Part shown: one piece after another, positions 1-10,900 of the stretch
Numbering within the stretch: position 1 is the stretch's first letter
Layout of the letters: every line of letters starts with the position of its first letter
Assembly (NCBI GenBank): GCA_965235115.1
Contig: OZ249446.1
Coordinates: forward strand, 15,996,001-16,060,000
Source: Laetmonice hystrix
Taxonomy: Eukaryota
Length of the DNA: 64,000 nt
Direction of reading: 5' to 3'
The notes under the pieces: model-generated
Seen by the model: only the letters and a program-made list of their open reading frames with translations
What the model was told of the DNA's origin: nothing
Database searches by the model: none
Made by a program: the position numbers and the translations under genes

Positions 1-218
1 CCTTAATGTTAAATTCATTTTATGTAATTATTTTACAGGAGCTCTTTTTTTATACTTGCAAAGATGCAACAACTGAGATTTGGGGGCAATATATGTTTAA
101 AAAAAATATAAAGTAAAGCACTGGAAAAACAGCTTTTGCAAAGATTCTGTATGATTAAGCAACTGATGTTCAGGTCAGTGACATTGGTGTAGTGATGTCG
201 TGTTCATGTTGGTTTCAG

Positions 219-338
219 CTGGTGATGTCCAGCATGGAGAGCAGTGATTCATTCTTTGTGCAGTGGGCAACCCGCTGCCTCCCGGAGGATAATAAGTACC
301 GGTCACTCGAGATGCATCTGCCAAAGGACCAGACAAAG
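219..338 (+). CDS. MED24: Mediator complex subunit 24, internal exon A (phase 0-0; gene continues upstream of window)
   Basis: ttttcag-type acceptor (ggtttcAG|ctg) and AAG|GTtgca donor; LVMSSMESSDSFFVQWATRCLPEDNKYRSLEMHLPKDQTK joins in frame to the next exon and the chain resembles the C-terminal half of metazoan MED24 as recalled. Confidence 0.8.
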
Positions 339-641
339 GTTGCATGCCAGTGCTTTATATTCAGGATAGAATTCCCGTTCAATAGGCCTTCAAAGTAACA
401 TCTGGCAAACTAGCGAAAATAGCAGCTTTTTGGAGATTCTAATTTTACTCCATGGTTTTTCTCTGGGAAAAAATCGGCCATATTTCAAAATCAGCTGCAA
501 GTCGGTCTGTGTATCTGGGCCTTAAACTGATTATTCAGGTCTTAGGGCCAATTTGGCAGCCACTGCCCTAAACTTGTCTGATATTTCTGGCTGTCATAAG
601 TTTTTAAAATGTAATATTTCATTTCCATGTTCGGTGCGTAG

Positions 642-791
642 GTGGACATGTTGTTACAGCAGTTCAACACAGGCTCGGAGATCAAGGCCAACCTGTCGCG
701 GTGGCATGAGGTGTGCCAAAACGTGCCCTATGCTGTACACGAGGTGCTCATAGCGTGGGAGTGTGGGGCATTGTCTGCAGAACAGGTTAAG
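642..791 (+). CDS. MED24: MED24 exon B (phase 0-0)
   Basis: gcgtAG|gtggac ... AAG|GTgagg; VDMLLQQFNTGSEIKANLSRWHEVCQNVPYAVHEVLIAWECGALSAEQVK matches the recalled MED24 WHE...EILNAWENGVL block. Confidence 0.9.
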
Positions 792-950
792 GTGAGGCTG
801 ACTGACTCACAGGGTTAGGGGAGAGGGTTTCCAGGGTAAGAGGAATACATGTTTGTGTGGCCAGGACGGAGATCTATACGAGGAATATCAGTATGGGTGT
901 TTCTGTAATTTATACGTGGATATTTTGATGTTAAGAGTATTGGTATGTGT

Positions 951-2055
951 ATTTGCTGTTGGCAGGGTAGAGATAAGAGTATATCAGTCTTTGTATTTGG
1001 ATGTTGGTAGGGTAGAGATAAGGCTAGTATCAGTCTGTGTATTTGGAATATTATTGGATGTTGGCAAGGTAGAGATATGGTCTGTGTATAATACATACAT
1101 TTGGATGTTGGCAGGGTAGAGATATGGTCTGTGTTTACATTTGGATGTTGCCAGGGTAGAGATATGGTCTGTGTATAATACATACATTTGGATGTTGGCA
1201 GGGTAGAGATATGGTCTGTGTATAATACATACATTTGGATGTTGCCAGGGTAGAGATATGGTCTGTGTATAATACATACATTTGGATGTTGGCAGGGTAG
1301 AGATATGGTCTGTGTATAATACACATACATTTGGATGTTGGCAGGGTAGAGATATGGTCTGTGTATAATACATACATTTGGATGTTGGCAGGGTAGAGTG
1401 AGATATGGTCTGTGTATAATACATACATTTGGATGTTGGCAGGGTAGAGATATGGTCTGTGTATAATACACGTACATTTGGATGTTGGCAGGGTAGAGAT
1501 ATGGTCTGTGTATAATACATACATTTGGATGTTGGCAGGGTAGAGATATGGTCTGTGTATAATACACGTACATTTGGATGTTGGCAGGGTAGAGATATGG
1601 TCTGTGTATAATACATTTGGATGTTGGCAGGGTAGAGATATGGTCTGTGTATAATACATTTGGATGTTGCCAGGGTAGAGATATGGTCTGTGTATAATAC
1701 ACGTACATTTGGATGTTGGCAGGGTAGAGATATGGTCTGTGTTTACCCGTACATTTGGATGTTGGCAGGGTAGAGATATGGTCTGTGTTTACATTTGGAT
1801 GTTGCCAGGGTAGAGATATGGTCTGTGTTTACCCGTACATTTGGATGTTGCCAGGGTAGAGATATGGTCTGTGTTTACCCGTACATTTGGATGTTGCCAG
1901 GGTAGAGATATGGTCTGTGTTTACCCGTACATTTGGATGTTGCCAGGGTAGAGATATGGTCTGTGTTTACCCGTACATTTGGATGTTGCCAGGGTAGAGA
2001 TATGGTCTGTGTTTACCCGTACATTTGGATGTTGGCAGGGTAGAGATAAGAGTAT
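951..2055. repeat. About 47-bp minisatellite (37-49 bp variants) filling a MED24 intron
   Basis: Unit TTTGGATGTTGGCAGGGTAGAGATATGGTCTGTGTATAATACATACA, roughly 21 homogeneous copies (about 1057-2047) plus decayed copies at 951-1056. Confidence 0.95.
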
Positions 2056-2073
2056 GCATTATGGTGTTGACAG

Positions 2074-2279
2074 GGTATCCTGGACACAGTGAAAGGTCGG
2101 ATGTGCTGTCTGCCGGTAGTCGTGTCCACATGGCTGTCCAGCTACATCAACACGATAGACGAGGAGAATCGTAAGAAGCCCTTGACCATGCTGCAGCAAC
2201 TCATCACGCCAATCCATCAGGAGCAGGGTTCCATGTGCTCACCCGTTCAGCTTGACCAGACCAACCATTACTCAGAGAG
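2074..2279 (+). CDS. MED24: MED24 exon C (phase 0-2)
   Basis: gacAG|ggtatc ... GAGAG|GTcaca; GILDTVKGRMCCLPVVVSTWLSSYINTIDEENRKKPLTMLQQL...HYSER matches recalled KITDNIKGKVCSLAVCAVAWL...QFYNER; phase fits the next exon (AG+A = Arg). Confidence 0.88.
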
Positions 2280-3203
2280 GTCACACAAACTTTGTACTTT
2301 TAAATCTTGCAAGCTGGTGTTCAGATGCAGAAGATTTTTCATCTGCCACTTTATTTCACATTTTGCAATCTTTAAAGTATGACAGTAAATATTGAAGTGC
2401 ACATTTTGGGCTGTACAGCATTCTGTATTGACTTAAGGTTACACACGGGTGTAGAAATGTCAAAATATGGTCAAAACATCGATTTTTTTCGAGTGACATA
2501 TTCTCATAGCCACACATGTTGTCAATCACTTCCCAAAGCCGTTTTCCTCAAAGTTGGTTTTAAAATATAGAAAAAGAGTACTTAGTAAACACAACCACCC
2601 CAGCTTTTGTTCTAAAATGAAAATTCCAACGATTTATTGCTACAAATTAGGCCTATTTGGTCAACTGCTAGACAGTACTGCACACGCCCGACCGACGTGT
2701 GTTGTATACCGTTGGAATCGGAATCTTGATGGCTTCTTTACAAGCATAACCATATATGGAATACTAGCTCCACCCACTTTCCATTCCCGCTTTTTTCTGA
2801 TGGAGTCTGATGACTGGAAATCCCGAGAACTCCCAAATAAGGGTATCACGTGACAGAACTAGGTCATGGACCTTATTTGCATAAGGATGAGCATGCGCAG
2901 TAGCGTCACAATGGGCTTCAGCCGGTGCCGAGTGGGCCCGAATGGATCACAGGCCACTCGGGTGAACTTCCGGCCTTGTTTCTGTCACCGGTCTGTTTAC
3001 GACTCCGGTTAGGTCTAAAACTTGTTCACAGGGGGAAGCAGACACCTGTATAGCTGTCAAAATGGTTGCTACCAAGCACGGGACCAAGCATGGTTTCAAA
3101 TGCTGCAGCTGCAACGGTTAGTCGAATGTACAGGGAGCTAGATCCGACCAGTCGATGGTACCATCACCATGGTAACATACGGTGGCACCTGGCACAAACG
3201 AAA

Positions 3204-3500
3204 ACAGAGGCGTTGGACCCGCCGGCGAGGGGGGGGGGCTGCCCCCCTTGTCATCCAAGCAGGGGGGGGGGGGGGCTGAAGCCCCCCTCCTCTGAAATGC
3301 ACTATGCCATGCCTGGCAGCCTATTTTGACATTGTGTGGGCCAGAGCCAAGGCGGGTAGCCTACCACAGTACCAGTAACCAGGCAGTGGTAGCCCCGGCC
3401 CCCCCCCCCCCCCTTTAGCCCTTGCCCCCGGCCAGGCTGTGGCGGATCCGGGGGGTGGGGGGTGGGGCCGTTCGGGGGTCTAAACCCCTTTTGGCAACCA
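3204..3500. mobile_element. GC-rich hAT-like MITE fragments nested inside the Kolobok element
   Basis: CAGAGGCG start near 3204 and CTGTGGCGGATCCGGGGGG at 3437 resemble the CAGKGGCGGATCC termini of the MITE at 25850-26210; poly-G/poly-C runs; no clean TSD. Confidence 0.35.
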
Positions 3501-4574
3501 ATTTCCTTTTTTCTCCATAGAATTTTCTGAACTGACGTTGTTCAACCATCCCGTAGCAAATTCTTCCCCTAAAGTTGGCTAACAACCACCCCCTACCCGC
3601 CCGGGGGAAATTTATCTTCCGACACCTATGGTAAGCCATTACTGTGTTGGCGTGATGGTTCAGCATCACACTAGACTTGTTCTAGACACTTTTTCTCTAA
3701 GTAACTCTAAGCAAATTGAACCCACCAAGACCTTACCCCTCTGTAGGCTACTATAGGTTGCCTGGTTGGATAATTTGTCTGGTGTTCATTGGTGTGAAAT
3801 CTTTTCAAAGTACAGTAATTTCTTGGGGTCATTGAGTGCAGCGTATTTAAAACTCATAAATCATACAGAGGTGACTGTTCTGAATATTATTTACATTGTT
3901 TGGTAATGTGAAATTTGCTGCAGGTCAAAAGACCCCTTTTTAACAAATCCATTTTAGCAAACCATTGGTTGACCTATTTTAAGTTGACTGTAATTAGGTC
4001 AAATTGGGGTTAGTAATTTTCCGAGGCCCCGCCCGAGAATAAGTACTATATATATATGAGTAGGAAAATAACTTACATTAATTAAATATATAGTTTTATC
4101 CATGAAATATCCAAAAAATACTATTGGATCTATTGGAAGTGGGGATATTATGTACCATACCAAAGCCCTAACCTTAAAGCTGTTTTTCTCAAAACCACTT
4201 TTCGGTGTATCTGCTCTTCTTAGTCATCCATTAATTTTTTTAATAATCATCCTAAAGACATGAAATTTGGCAGACATATAAATAAAAACCTGCTCTACAC
4301 AATAAGGGGGGTTGCTTTTTGATAAGTCCAATAATTTCAGAGGAGGAACCCATTAAAATGTGAAAAAAAATTGAAAAAACTGAAATTTGATGAAAAAGCT
4401 GTTAAAAGAATATTTTTTCTTTTAAATGTATAAATCAAAAACACCTTATTGTGTGCAGTAGACTCTTATAAACCCATGTAAAAAGAAATAACATCAAAAT
4501 TCATTATAGTTGCAAAATTAATGGATGACTAAGGAGGCCTGTCAGAATGTCCAGAAAAAAGCAAGATGGCCGCC

Positions 4575-4603
4575 GTTACCATGGCAACTGTTGCCATGGC
4601 GAA
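4575..4603. promoter_or_regulatory. Tandem RFX X-box motifs inside the Kolobok element
   Basis: GTTACCATGGCAAC (4575-4588) fits the GTNRCC-n-RGYAAC consensus exactly; GTTGCCATGGCGAA (4590-4603) is a near match; YY1-like AAGATGGCCGCC at 4563-4574. Confidence 0.45.
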
Positions 4604-4807
4604 AAATTTCACCCTTTTTTCTCGTTCCTGTTACAAGTCGATGTTTTGGACATAATATCAAAGGTCTAGCTTCATTATTAAAAAAGTCACTTTTTTCACC
4701 CATGTGTAACCTTAACAGGAGCTTTTGTGCACATGTGCACTTCCCATTACTTAATTAAAATTAAAAATAAGTATAAAAATTTTAAAAGATTTTTGATTTT
4801 TTTTCAG

Positions 4808-5042
4808 ATGTAATCTGATGGTGGTTATTCTGACCCGGATCATCCAGGAAGTGCTGCCTCCTAGCGCCATACGTCGCAATATGTCGTACATGTTACCATT
4901 GACACAGCCAGCACGTGCCATGCTCCTCGAGACATACACAGCATCATTCCAACAGTCCTCTGTCAACATCAAGGCCATCCACAAGTTTGAGCACCTGCTC
5001 AGTGTGTCTGGGCCCAAGTGGTTCTGTGACCAGCTGGTCCGG
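4808..5042 (+). CDS. MED24: MED24 exon D (phase 2-0)
   Basis: ttttttcAG|atgtaat ... CGG|GTaggt; CNLMVVILTRIIQEVLPP...FEHLLSVSGPKWFCDQLVR matches recalled FDTLLHMGGVYWFCNNLIK. Confidence 0.9.
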
Positions 5043-5364
5043 GTAGGTTTCAGTTTGGGTTCCAGTCCACTTTGGATTGGACCTTAGTATCAGTTAGAAA
5101 GAAGAAATAAAATTATCCTATGTTTGCATAGAACGATGAAGGCAAGAACATTGTTAGTAGCATTGTCCTGAAATGTTTATAAACTGATTCAGTCTACAGA
5201 TAAAAAGTACTTTACCCCTAACCCACCTATTCACCCACTTCTAGGCGTGTGACCAGGCAAGTTAATTTTCGTTATTTGTGGATAGTTGCTACTATTGTTG
5301 CTGCATTGTTTGAAGATCATATACCTCCAAGTTGTTGTTAACTTGTCCTATTGCTGCCCTCCAG

Positions 5365-5602
5365 GAGGTGTTGAGCCAGAGCCGTGTGGAGGACATCAAT
5401 AAAGGCGTGTCGTTAGTGTATGCCCTGTTTCACCTCAACCTGGAGCCGCTGACCATCTGCCTCCTCCAGCACACCATCCCAGGCCTCCTCCATGGCGGTG
5501 GCCCGGCCACCAGCCTCCTGACCGATCCACGGGGTCGTGCCCTGGCACAACTCGCCATCATGTGTCTCGTTATCACACACAGGATGAGGAATATACAGAA
5601 AG
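5365..5602 (+). CDS. MED24: MED24 exon E (phase 0-1)
   Basis: ctccAG|gag ... AAAG|GTatga; EVLSQSRVEDINKGVSLVYALFHLNLEPLTICLLQHTIPGLL...LTDPRGRALAQLAIMCL matches recalled LGHILPGLL...LMDPPGTALAKLAVWCAL. Confidence 0.92.
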
Positions 5603-5725
5603 GTATGATTTATCACATCTACTAGAAGGTAAGACGGTAATACGAGTTAAACTCTCTGCAGTCCGTGTAGAAATTTAAGGTGTCGATCGTCTTGTGTCTT
5701 ATTGCAAGTTTTATTATGATTGCAG

Positions 5726-5787
5726 AATCTCAAGTGTTCAAGAAGAGGGAGAGCAGAAAACGGGCCAGAGCAGACTTAGATCTTGAC
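5726..5787 (+). CDS. MED24: MED24 exon F (phase 1-0)
   Basis: gattgcAG|aatct ... GAC|GTaagt; (E)SQVFKKRESRKRARADLDLD, a basic NLS-like stretch equivalent to recalled RQKKRHREDIED. Confidence 0.85.
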
Positions 5788-5948
5788 GTAAGTTTTTTTC
5801 TATATTGACTCATGTCTATTATTCAGTGAGTCATCAGAAAACGTATTGAAAAAGATAGTAGTTTTCTCACATAAACTGTAACATATGGTTGGACCAAAAG
5901 TATTTTGTTCTGGCCATATGGCATACTAGCAGGAAGGATCCGTGATGC

Positions 5949-6035
5949 TTGATCGTTGTGACACATCATAAGTTGATTGTTGTGACACATTATAAGTTGA
6001 TCGTTGTGACACATTATAAGTTGATTGTTGTGACA
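5949..6035. repeat. 24-bp tandem repeat, about 3.5 copies
   Basis: TTGATYGTTGTGACACATYATAAG repeated in a MED24 intron. Confidence 0.9.
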
Positions 6036-6262
6036 GTCATCAAAATGAAAGTACTGTTGTGTCTAGTTGCTAAGATTGATCAGCATTGACTATCATAGAA
6101 AGCCATGTTCCTGCTTTACATAAAGCGTGAAAAAAACGTTTAAGTCATAGATTATAACATTTCTAAAACGTTCTTTGCTAGTTGGGTTAGTGTGAGTATA
6201 ATAGTTGCAGGAAATCACACGGTAACTCTGTGGCCAGCTATGATCTCAGGTTATGGTTTCAG

Positions 6263-6365
6263 GATTGTGAGGATGGTAGTGAGGAAAGTCAGCCCAGCAA
6301 AATACGCCGCTTGGCAGTACATGATGAAAACCTTTCTCTCCACTCTGAAGGATTTAATTTAGGAG
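6263..6365 (+). CDS. MED24: MED24 exon G (phase 0-1)
   Basis: ggtttcAG|gat ... GGAG|GTaaat; DCEDGSEESQPSKIRRLAVHDENLSLHSEGFNLG contains the QPSK motif (recalled DVQPSKLMRLL). Confidence 0.85.
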
Positions 6366-6620
6366 GTAAATATCAGTACTGTTGTTGGGTAGTATGGATT
6401 TACAAGGATAATGGTACAGATTCCATCCCCTTTTTTTCAAATGAGATATAACCAGGTTTAAGATAAATACCATCCCTCCTCAACTAGAACACCTCAGTCG
6501 AACAGCAACAGGATAATGTATTCTAGACTACTGGTACATGTCTCATTGTGGTAAGGAAAGGAGGCCGCATTAACTTTTGTGTTTTCCCTGACCAGTAAAT
6601 TTTGTGTGTTTCTGTGGCAG

Positions 6621-6695
6621 AGTTACTGGCATCGAAGGAGGAGGCGGAACCATTACCGAGCTATGACACTAAGGACCCTCTCAACAGGGCCATGA
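6621..6695 (+). CDS. MED24: MED24 exon H (phase 1-1)
   Basis: gtggcAG|agtta ... ATGA|GTgagt; (E)LLASKEEAEPLPSYDTKDPLNRAM contains the conserved DPLNR motif. Confidence 0.87.
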   Translation, partial: SYWHRRRRRNHYRAMTLRTLSTGP

Positions 6696-7035
6696 GTGAG
6701 TCATTCCTATCTAGTCACCATACATTACCGAGCCTGAGTTTGTCATTTAAAAAAGTTGTTTAATATGTTTAACTGCCAAGTTAAGTAAATGACATTCTGT
6801 AGGCCGATCAGGATGTCATAGAGAATCTTTCAGATATGATCGTAGTATGAATTCTTACCGGTAGCTCTGACGTTTGGTTTAGTGTCACCACATTGAGAGA
6901 AGATCTGCATGAGCAGGTGTTCTGTGGTTGGGTTATACAGGTACAGGGTAGAAATATATATTCTGTTTCAGTGGCTTTGGACTCTTTCTGTCCTCTGAAA
7001 TATTCCTGGTTTATCATTTTCACTTTTTCTTTCAG

Positions 7036-7181
7036 TGAATCTGTTGAGGCTGTTTGCGAGCATTGTATCTTGTTCCCAAGTTAGTCCGAAGACAAACTTT
7101 GTAATGGCTTTCATTGAGGAGACTGTCAAGTCAGGCACAGACACAGCCAAGTTCATCCTTCAGTTCATGCCCCTCACTATG
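7036..7181 (+). CDS. MED24: MED24 exon I (phase 1-0)
   Basis: ttctttcAG|tgaat ... ATG|GTaacc; (M)NLLRLFASIVSCSQVSPKTNFVMAFIEETVKSGTDTAKFILQFMPLTM matches recalled NLFLLISSIL...VLQFMPFTT. Confidence 0.92.
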
Positions 7182-7452
7182 GTAACCACATCCAGTTGGA
7201 GACATCCAGCTGGGTTTCATATACAATGCCCAGTAATTTAAGAACTTGATTCTTTTAACCGTTGAAACACTCACTTTGGTCTAGGTGTCTGTATTAGTCA
7301 CCGATAACAATCAGAGGAATTAGCAAAGATTCCTCGTCCTCTTCGCTTAAAAGAGGTAGATGATATTTTAACGAAAAGCTTTAGTTCTTCGCCGTCTGCC
7401 AGGTGGCGTCGTGACAGTAAGGGCCGTGACATTATTGTTTTTATCTCACCAG

Positions 7453-7632
7453 GTGTCGCAGCTGATGCGCTGCCTGCCGAAGGCGTTCACCACCGACCTG
7501 CTGATGAACGTCTGTGATCTCAGTCACAGCGTCGGCCGCAAGGTGGCAGCAAAGGTCGTCTGTCAGAACGCTCGCTTCAGCCGGCTTCAGAAACAAACGA
7601 GTGGAAGTCACGAGAAAGGGGCCCGAGTGTAG
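7453..7632 (+). CDS. MED24: MED24 terminal coding exon
   Basis: ctcaccAG|gtg; VSQLMRCLPKAFTTDLLMNVCDLSHSVGRKVAAKVVCQ...GARV* matches the recalled C-terminus TDLSLPLGRQVAAKAI; TAG at 7630-7632. Confidence 0.92.
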   Translation: MSQLMRCLPKAFTTDLLMNVCDLSHSVGRKVAAKVVCQNARFSRLQKQTSGSHEKGARV

Positions 7633-7961
7633 GGAGGAGGGCTACAGCTTCCATGGGTGTAATTGTAGTAAATTTATGTTAGTGAAAGAATGTAAGCAGC
7701 CTCCATAATCATTTCTATATGTATGACAATCATGCCATCAGTGTCCTCATTATTCATTGTATTGGTTGAATCATCGTTGTTAGACGTAGAATGGGCCCAA
7801 GAGGCTCAGCAGTTGATCATGTGTGTGAGTATGAGAGGGAGACCGTCTGCTTACAGATTGGTACACAGAGGTGATTGACACAGGCTTTCTGTGAGACTCA
7901 TCATGTGAATCGTTCAACATTGGCGAGAAGTCGTTCTACAGACGCCCATCGCCGGAAATGT

Positions 7962-7967
7962 AATAAA
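7962..7967 (+). terminator. Candidate MED24 polyadenylation signal AATAAA
   Basis: First AATAAA seen downstream of the stop (about 330 nt); an alternative lies at 8413-8418. Not verified by transcripts. Confidence 0.35.
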
Positions 7968-10900
7968 AGAATAATGTAAGCAGGTATTACTCGACTAGTC
8001 ATAAGTTTCTTCTTTCTTCTACCGAAACTTTGGCGGGGACGAATCGGGGATCTGTCCATCCAAGGGTCAGTCCGTCCAACGCCATCCTTAAAGCCAGGTT
8101 CCTTCCCTTCAAACCCCCAAGATTCTCCCGATAAATGCATTGTTTGCTTAATATTACACGCCCCGGCCCACATAGTTAACAACTCAAATCCATGGCAAGA
8201 CATTGACCTGTTTCTATGGAGAAGAAAATTCGTAAAATCTTACGTGTAGATAGAAAAAAATATGTGTATAAGAATATATCACTATTGCTTTTTACGAATG
8301 ACAGTTCCGCTTCCTTCCGTGTTTATTTTATTACATGTATTAGTACTAGGAGTTTCAGATATATGAAAACAACCGCAGGGGGGGGGCGCAGGAAATGATA
8401 AATTTTCGCCAGAATAAAAGTACCAATTTTTTCTCTCACATCCCAAGAAATCAAAAATATAACGCTTATTTTTTACAAAATTTTCCTGGGCAGGACCCGG
8501 TGACCAACTACTAAGGTGGGCATTCGTTGCTTTCTTTGATGTCGGGGGTGCGCCCCCTTTTATGAAACCCTGAACCGTCCTGTTTAGAAAGGTGCAGACG
8601 GACAGGTGGGTGTCGATTCATTGCCCTCGAGTTCGGGGCTCCTACAACCAGTATAACGTTCTAGGCCTAGCTGAACATTCGCACGACCCGGAGATTGGTT
8701 TTCAAGTCGGTTTGCTGAGATTGAACCCATCGCGTGTTTGTTGATTATTAACGGCAGCCCTGGAGAATTACTAATAGACTAGCGTGATTATGACCTTCGA
8801 AAGTACACACCGAATGTTACGATGACATCGAAGTAATCATCAAATCGTGACTATTGTCATTTATATTAACCCCCATAAGTGGTCTGTAACGGTTCGGTCG
8901 TATTAATTACCGCGCGACGCGTGGGGCCAGTGGCGCCCCCTACGGCCACTTTCCGAGGATCAATCTGTTACCCACAATAATCCGACGCTTTCCCACGATA
9001 CATTCAGAACGATGCACAGTGTCACGTTGTGTGTGTAAGTTGGTGGTCAGTTGGCTGCTCTCCTGGACAAGGCCTCGACTTGATGTAAATCCTGGATTTA
9101 TGTCCAGGCGATCCCGCAGCAGGGCAGCTATTTAGTGATCTTGACAAGGATTTTGATCCAGACTGGTCATTACCATCGACCTCACAGTTTCGCAGACGAT
9201 GAGGGGGTTGGGATGGCTGGTGTTACAAACTTGCGGTTTCTTTCTCTGCATTTCTATTTCTATTTCCCTGGCTACACAAATAAGGAAAGCTCGGCCAACT
9301 TACCAAGTGGATAGAGGACCCATTGGATTTGTAAACCCGTTCTTTGCAGGTTTTGGCAGCAGATTGCAGGGACATTTTCCGTTCGGCGCGTTTGCCAAGA
9401 GGAATCATCCTCACTATCATATACCACAAATGCCATACCCATGTGAGTTTTTATTATTATTATATTTTCCATCGTAGATTTTCTTGATCGAAACAGGCGT
9501 AGTTTAGGAAGTTTATAAGGTCAGTTTATAAAGGTAGATGAATAATTTATAAAGTGATGATGATCACTGGGTGATTGAGGGAGGACGGTGTGGTACATTG
9601 TCAACGACCTTTTTTATGTTGAAAGGTTACTTCGTATCTTATCTAATTTTCTTAAGATTTAAGTCTACCGAATGCACACCTTGATTGCTGGTACTGCGTC
9701 CCCACCAACACCTGACGCGATGCGAGGCCTTTTTCGTTTAGTTTAGTTCACTCGCTTATAAAAGCTTTGAGTGAATTTCAGAATCTTATGATCATTTAGG
9801 CCTAGCATTGAAAGGGGTGGTATGTGTTTGCACATGACGCAGTTTAGATATCAAGTACTTAATCCATACTTATAATAATTATTATACCCCAGGTGTACAT
9901 TTGAGAATGTTGTATCAAGTGAGAAGTCAATTTTCGTCTCCATTTTCTAGATTGCCAACGTGCCGGACAGTTATTGCCCCACCCCACCGATAGATGTCGT
10001 TATTTAGTGTGTGACTTTGGCCACAAACCTTGGAAGGACATTCGAGGAGTACAGCTGTTTTATGCTGTAGAAAGGTATGGTCCTGACGACGGCTAGAACT
10101 TTCTCTCGTCGCCTACATCACGCAAACACGTCTATATTGTTTCTGTCTGAAGATTAATTAATGATAGGTTTATCTGAAAGGTCAGACCTCCAGAACATAA
10201 CGTAGAATGGTATGTGTAGAAGGTTACAAGAGTCGTCTTGCATACTTCAAAATACCCTGAGACGTTTACTCTATGTACATCTGAAGTCATACCTTTTTCG
10301 TAATTCTCGTCCAACGCGCGTGGAAAACGTGAAGATATGAGTAATTTTCTATGAAGAATTATAGATTACGAATAGCAAATGAAACTTTCAAAGTTGAACA
10401 CGTTTCTTGCAACTTTCCTATGGAAATAGGGTCATCGTGTCCAAGAAGAAAAGTGATCTTGTAATCCCGTTTCTGTGCAGCAGAAAATAATTAACGGGCA
10501 GTCGTATATTCGGTCAGTCGTGTTTGATTCGTGTGTGACGTGCCTGTAGGTCATGCGCGCCAGGGACGGCCGTACCTCGCTCCTTTCTTGGTATCGTCGA
10601 TATATACGACAAAAAGATAGTTTCACCTGTCTGGAGAAAGGCTTTCCACGGAGACTTGATCTGCTCGGAGATAACACAGGACTGCAGCCGTAAGTCTTGG
10701 GGCTTATGATGTCCCCATTCCCAATAGGCATATACATATATTGGTAAATGTATTCTTTGACGCTGCAGCAATTTGGAAAGGACACCAAATTTACATTTTA
10801 CCCCACATGTAGGCCCCTACCAAATGGTTAGAGATTCTGAAAGATACAAATTAAGGCAATGCAATATGCCAGGATAAGGAATCGTCTCGACATGCGTCAT

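Larger units (their letters stand above)
2437..4711. mobile_element. Non-autonomous Kolobok-type DNA transposon (2275 bp) in MED24 intron
   Basis: TTAA at 2433-2436 and 4712-4715; about 23-bp imperfect TIRs GGTTACACACGGGTGTAGAAATG vs GGTTACACATGGGTGAAAAAAGTG (reverse complement of right end). GG...CC termini with TTAA TSD are Kolobok-like (piggyBac uses CC...GG). No transposase ORF. Confidence 0.8.

Noticed and set aside
384-525. Possible Kolobok right end (...GTATCTGGGCC-TTAA at 521-525)
   Set aside because: No matching left TIR in the intron; at most a truncated fragment.
815-1708. Long minus-strand ORFs (297, 210 and 174 aa)
   Set aside because: They are translations of the 47-bp minisatellite cycling through frames, antisense within a MED24 intron.
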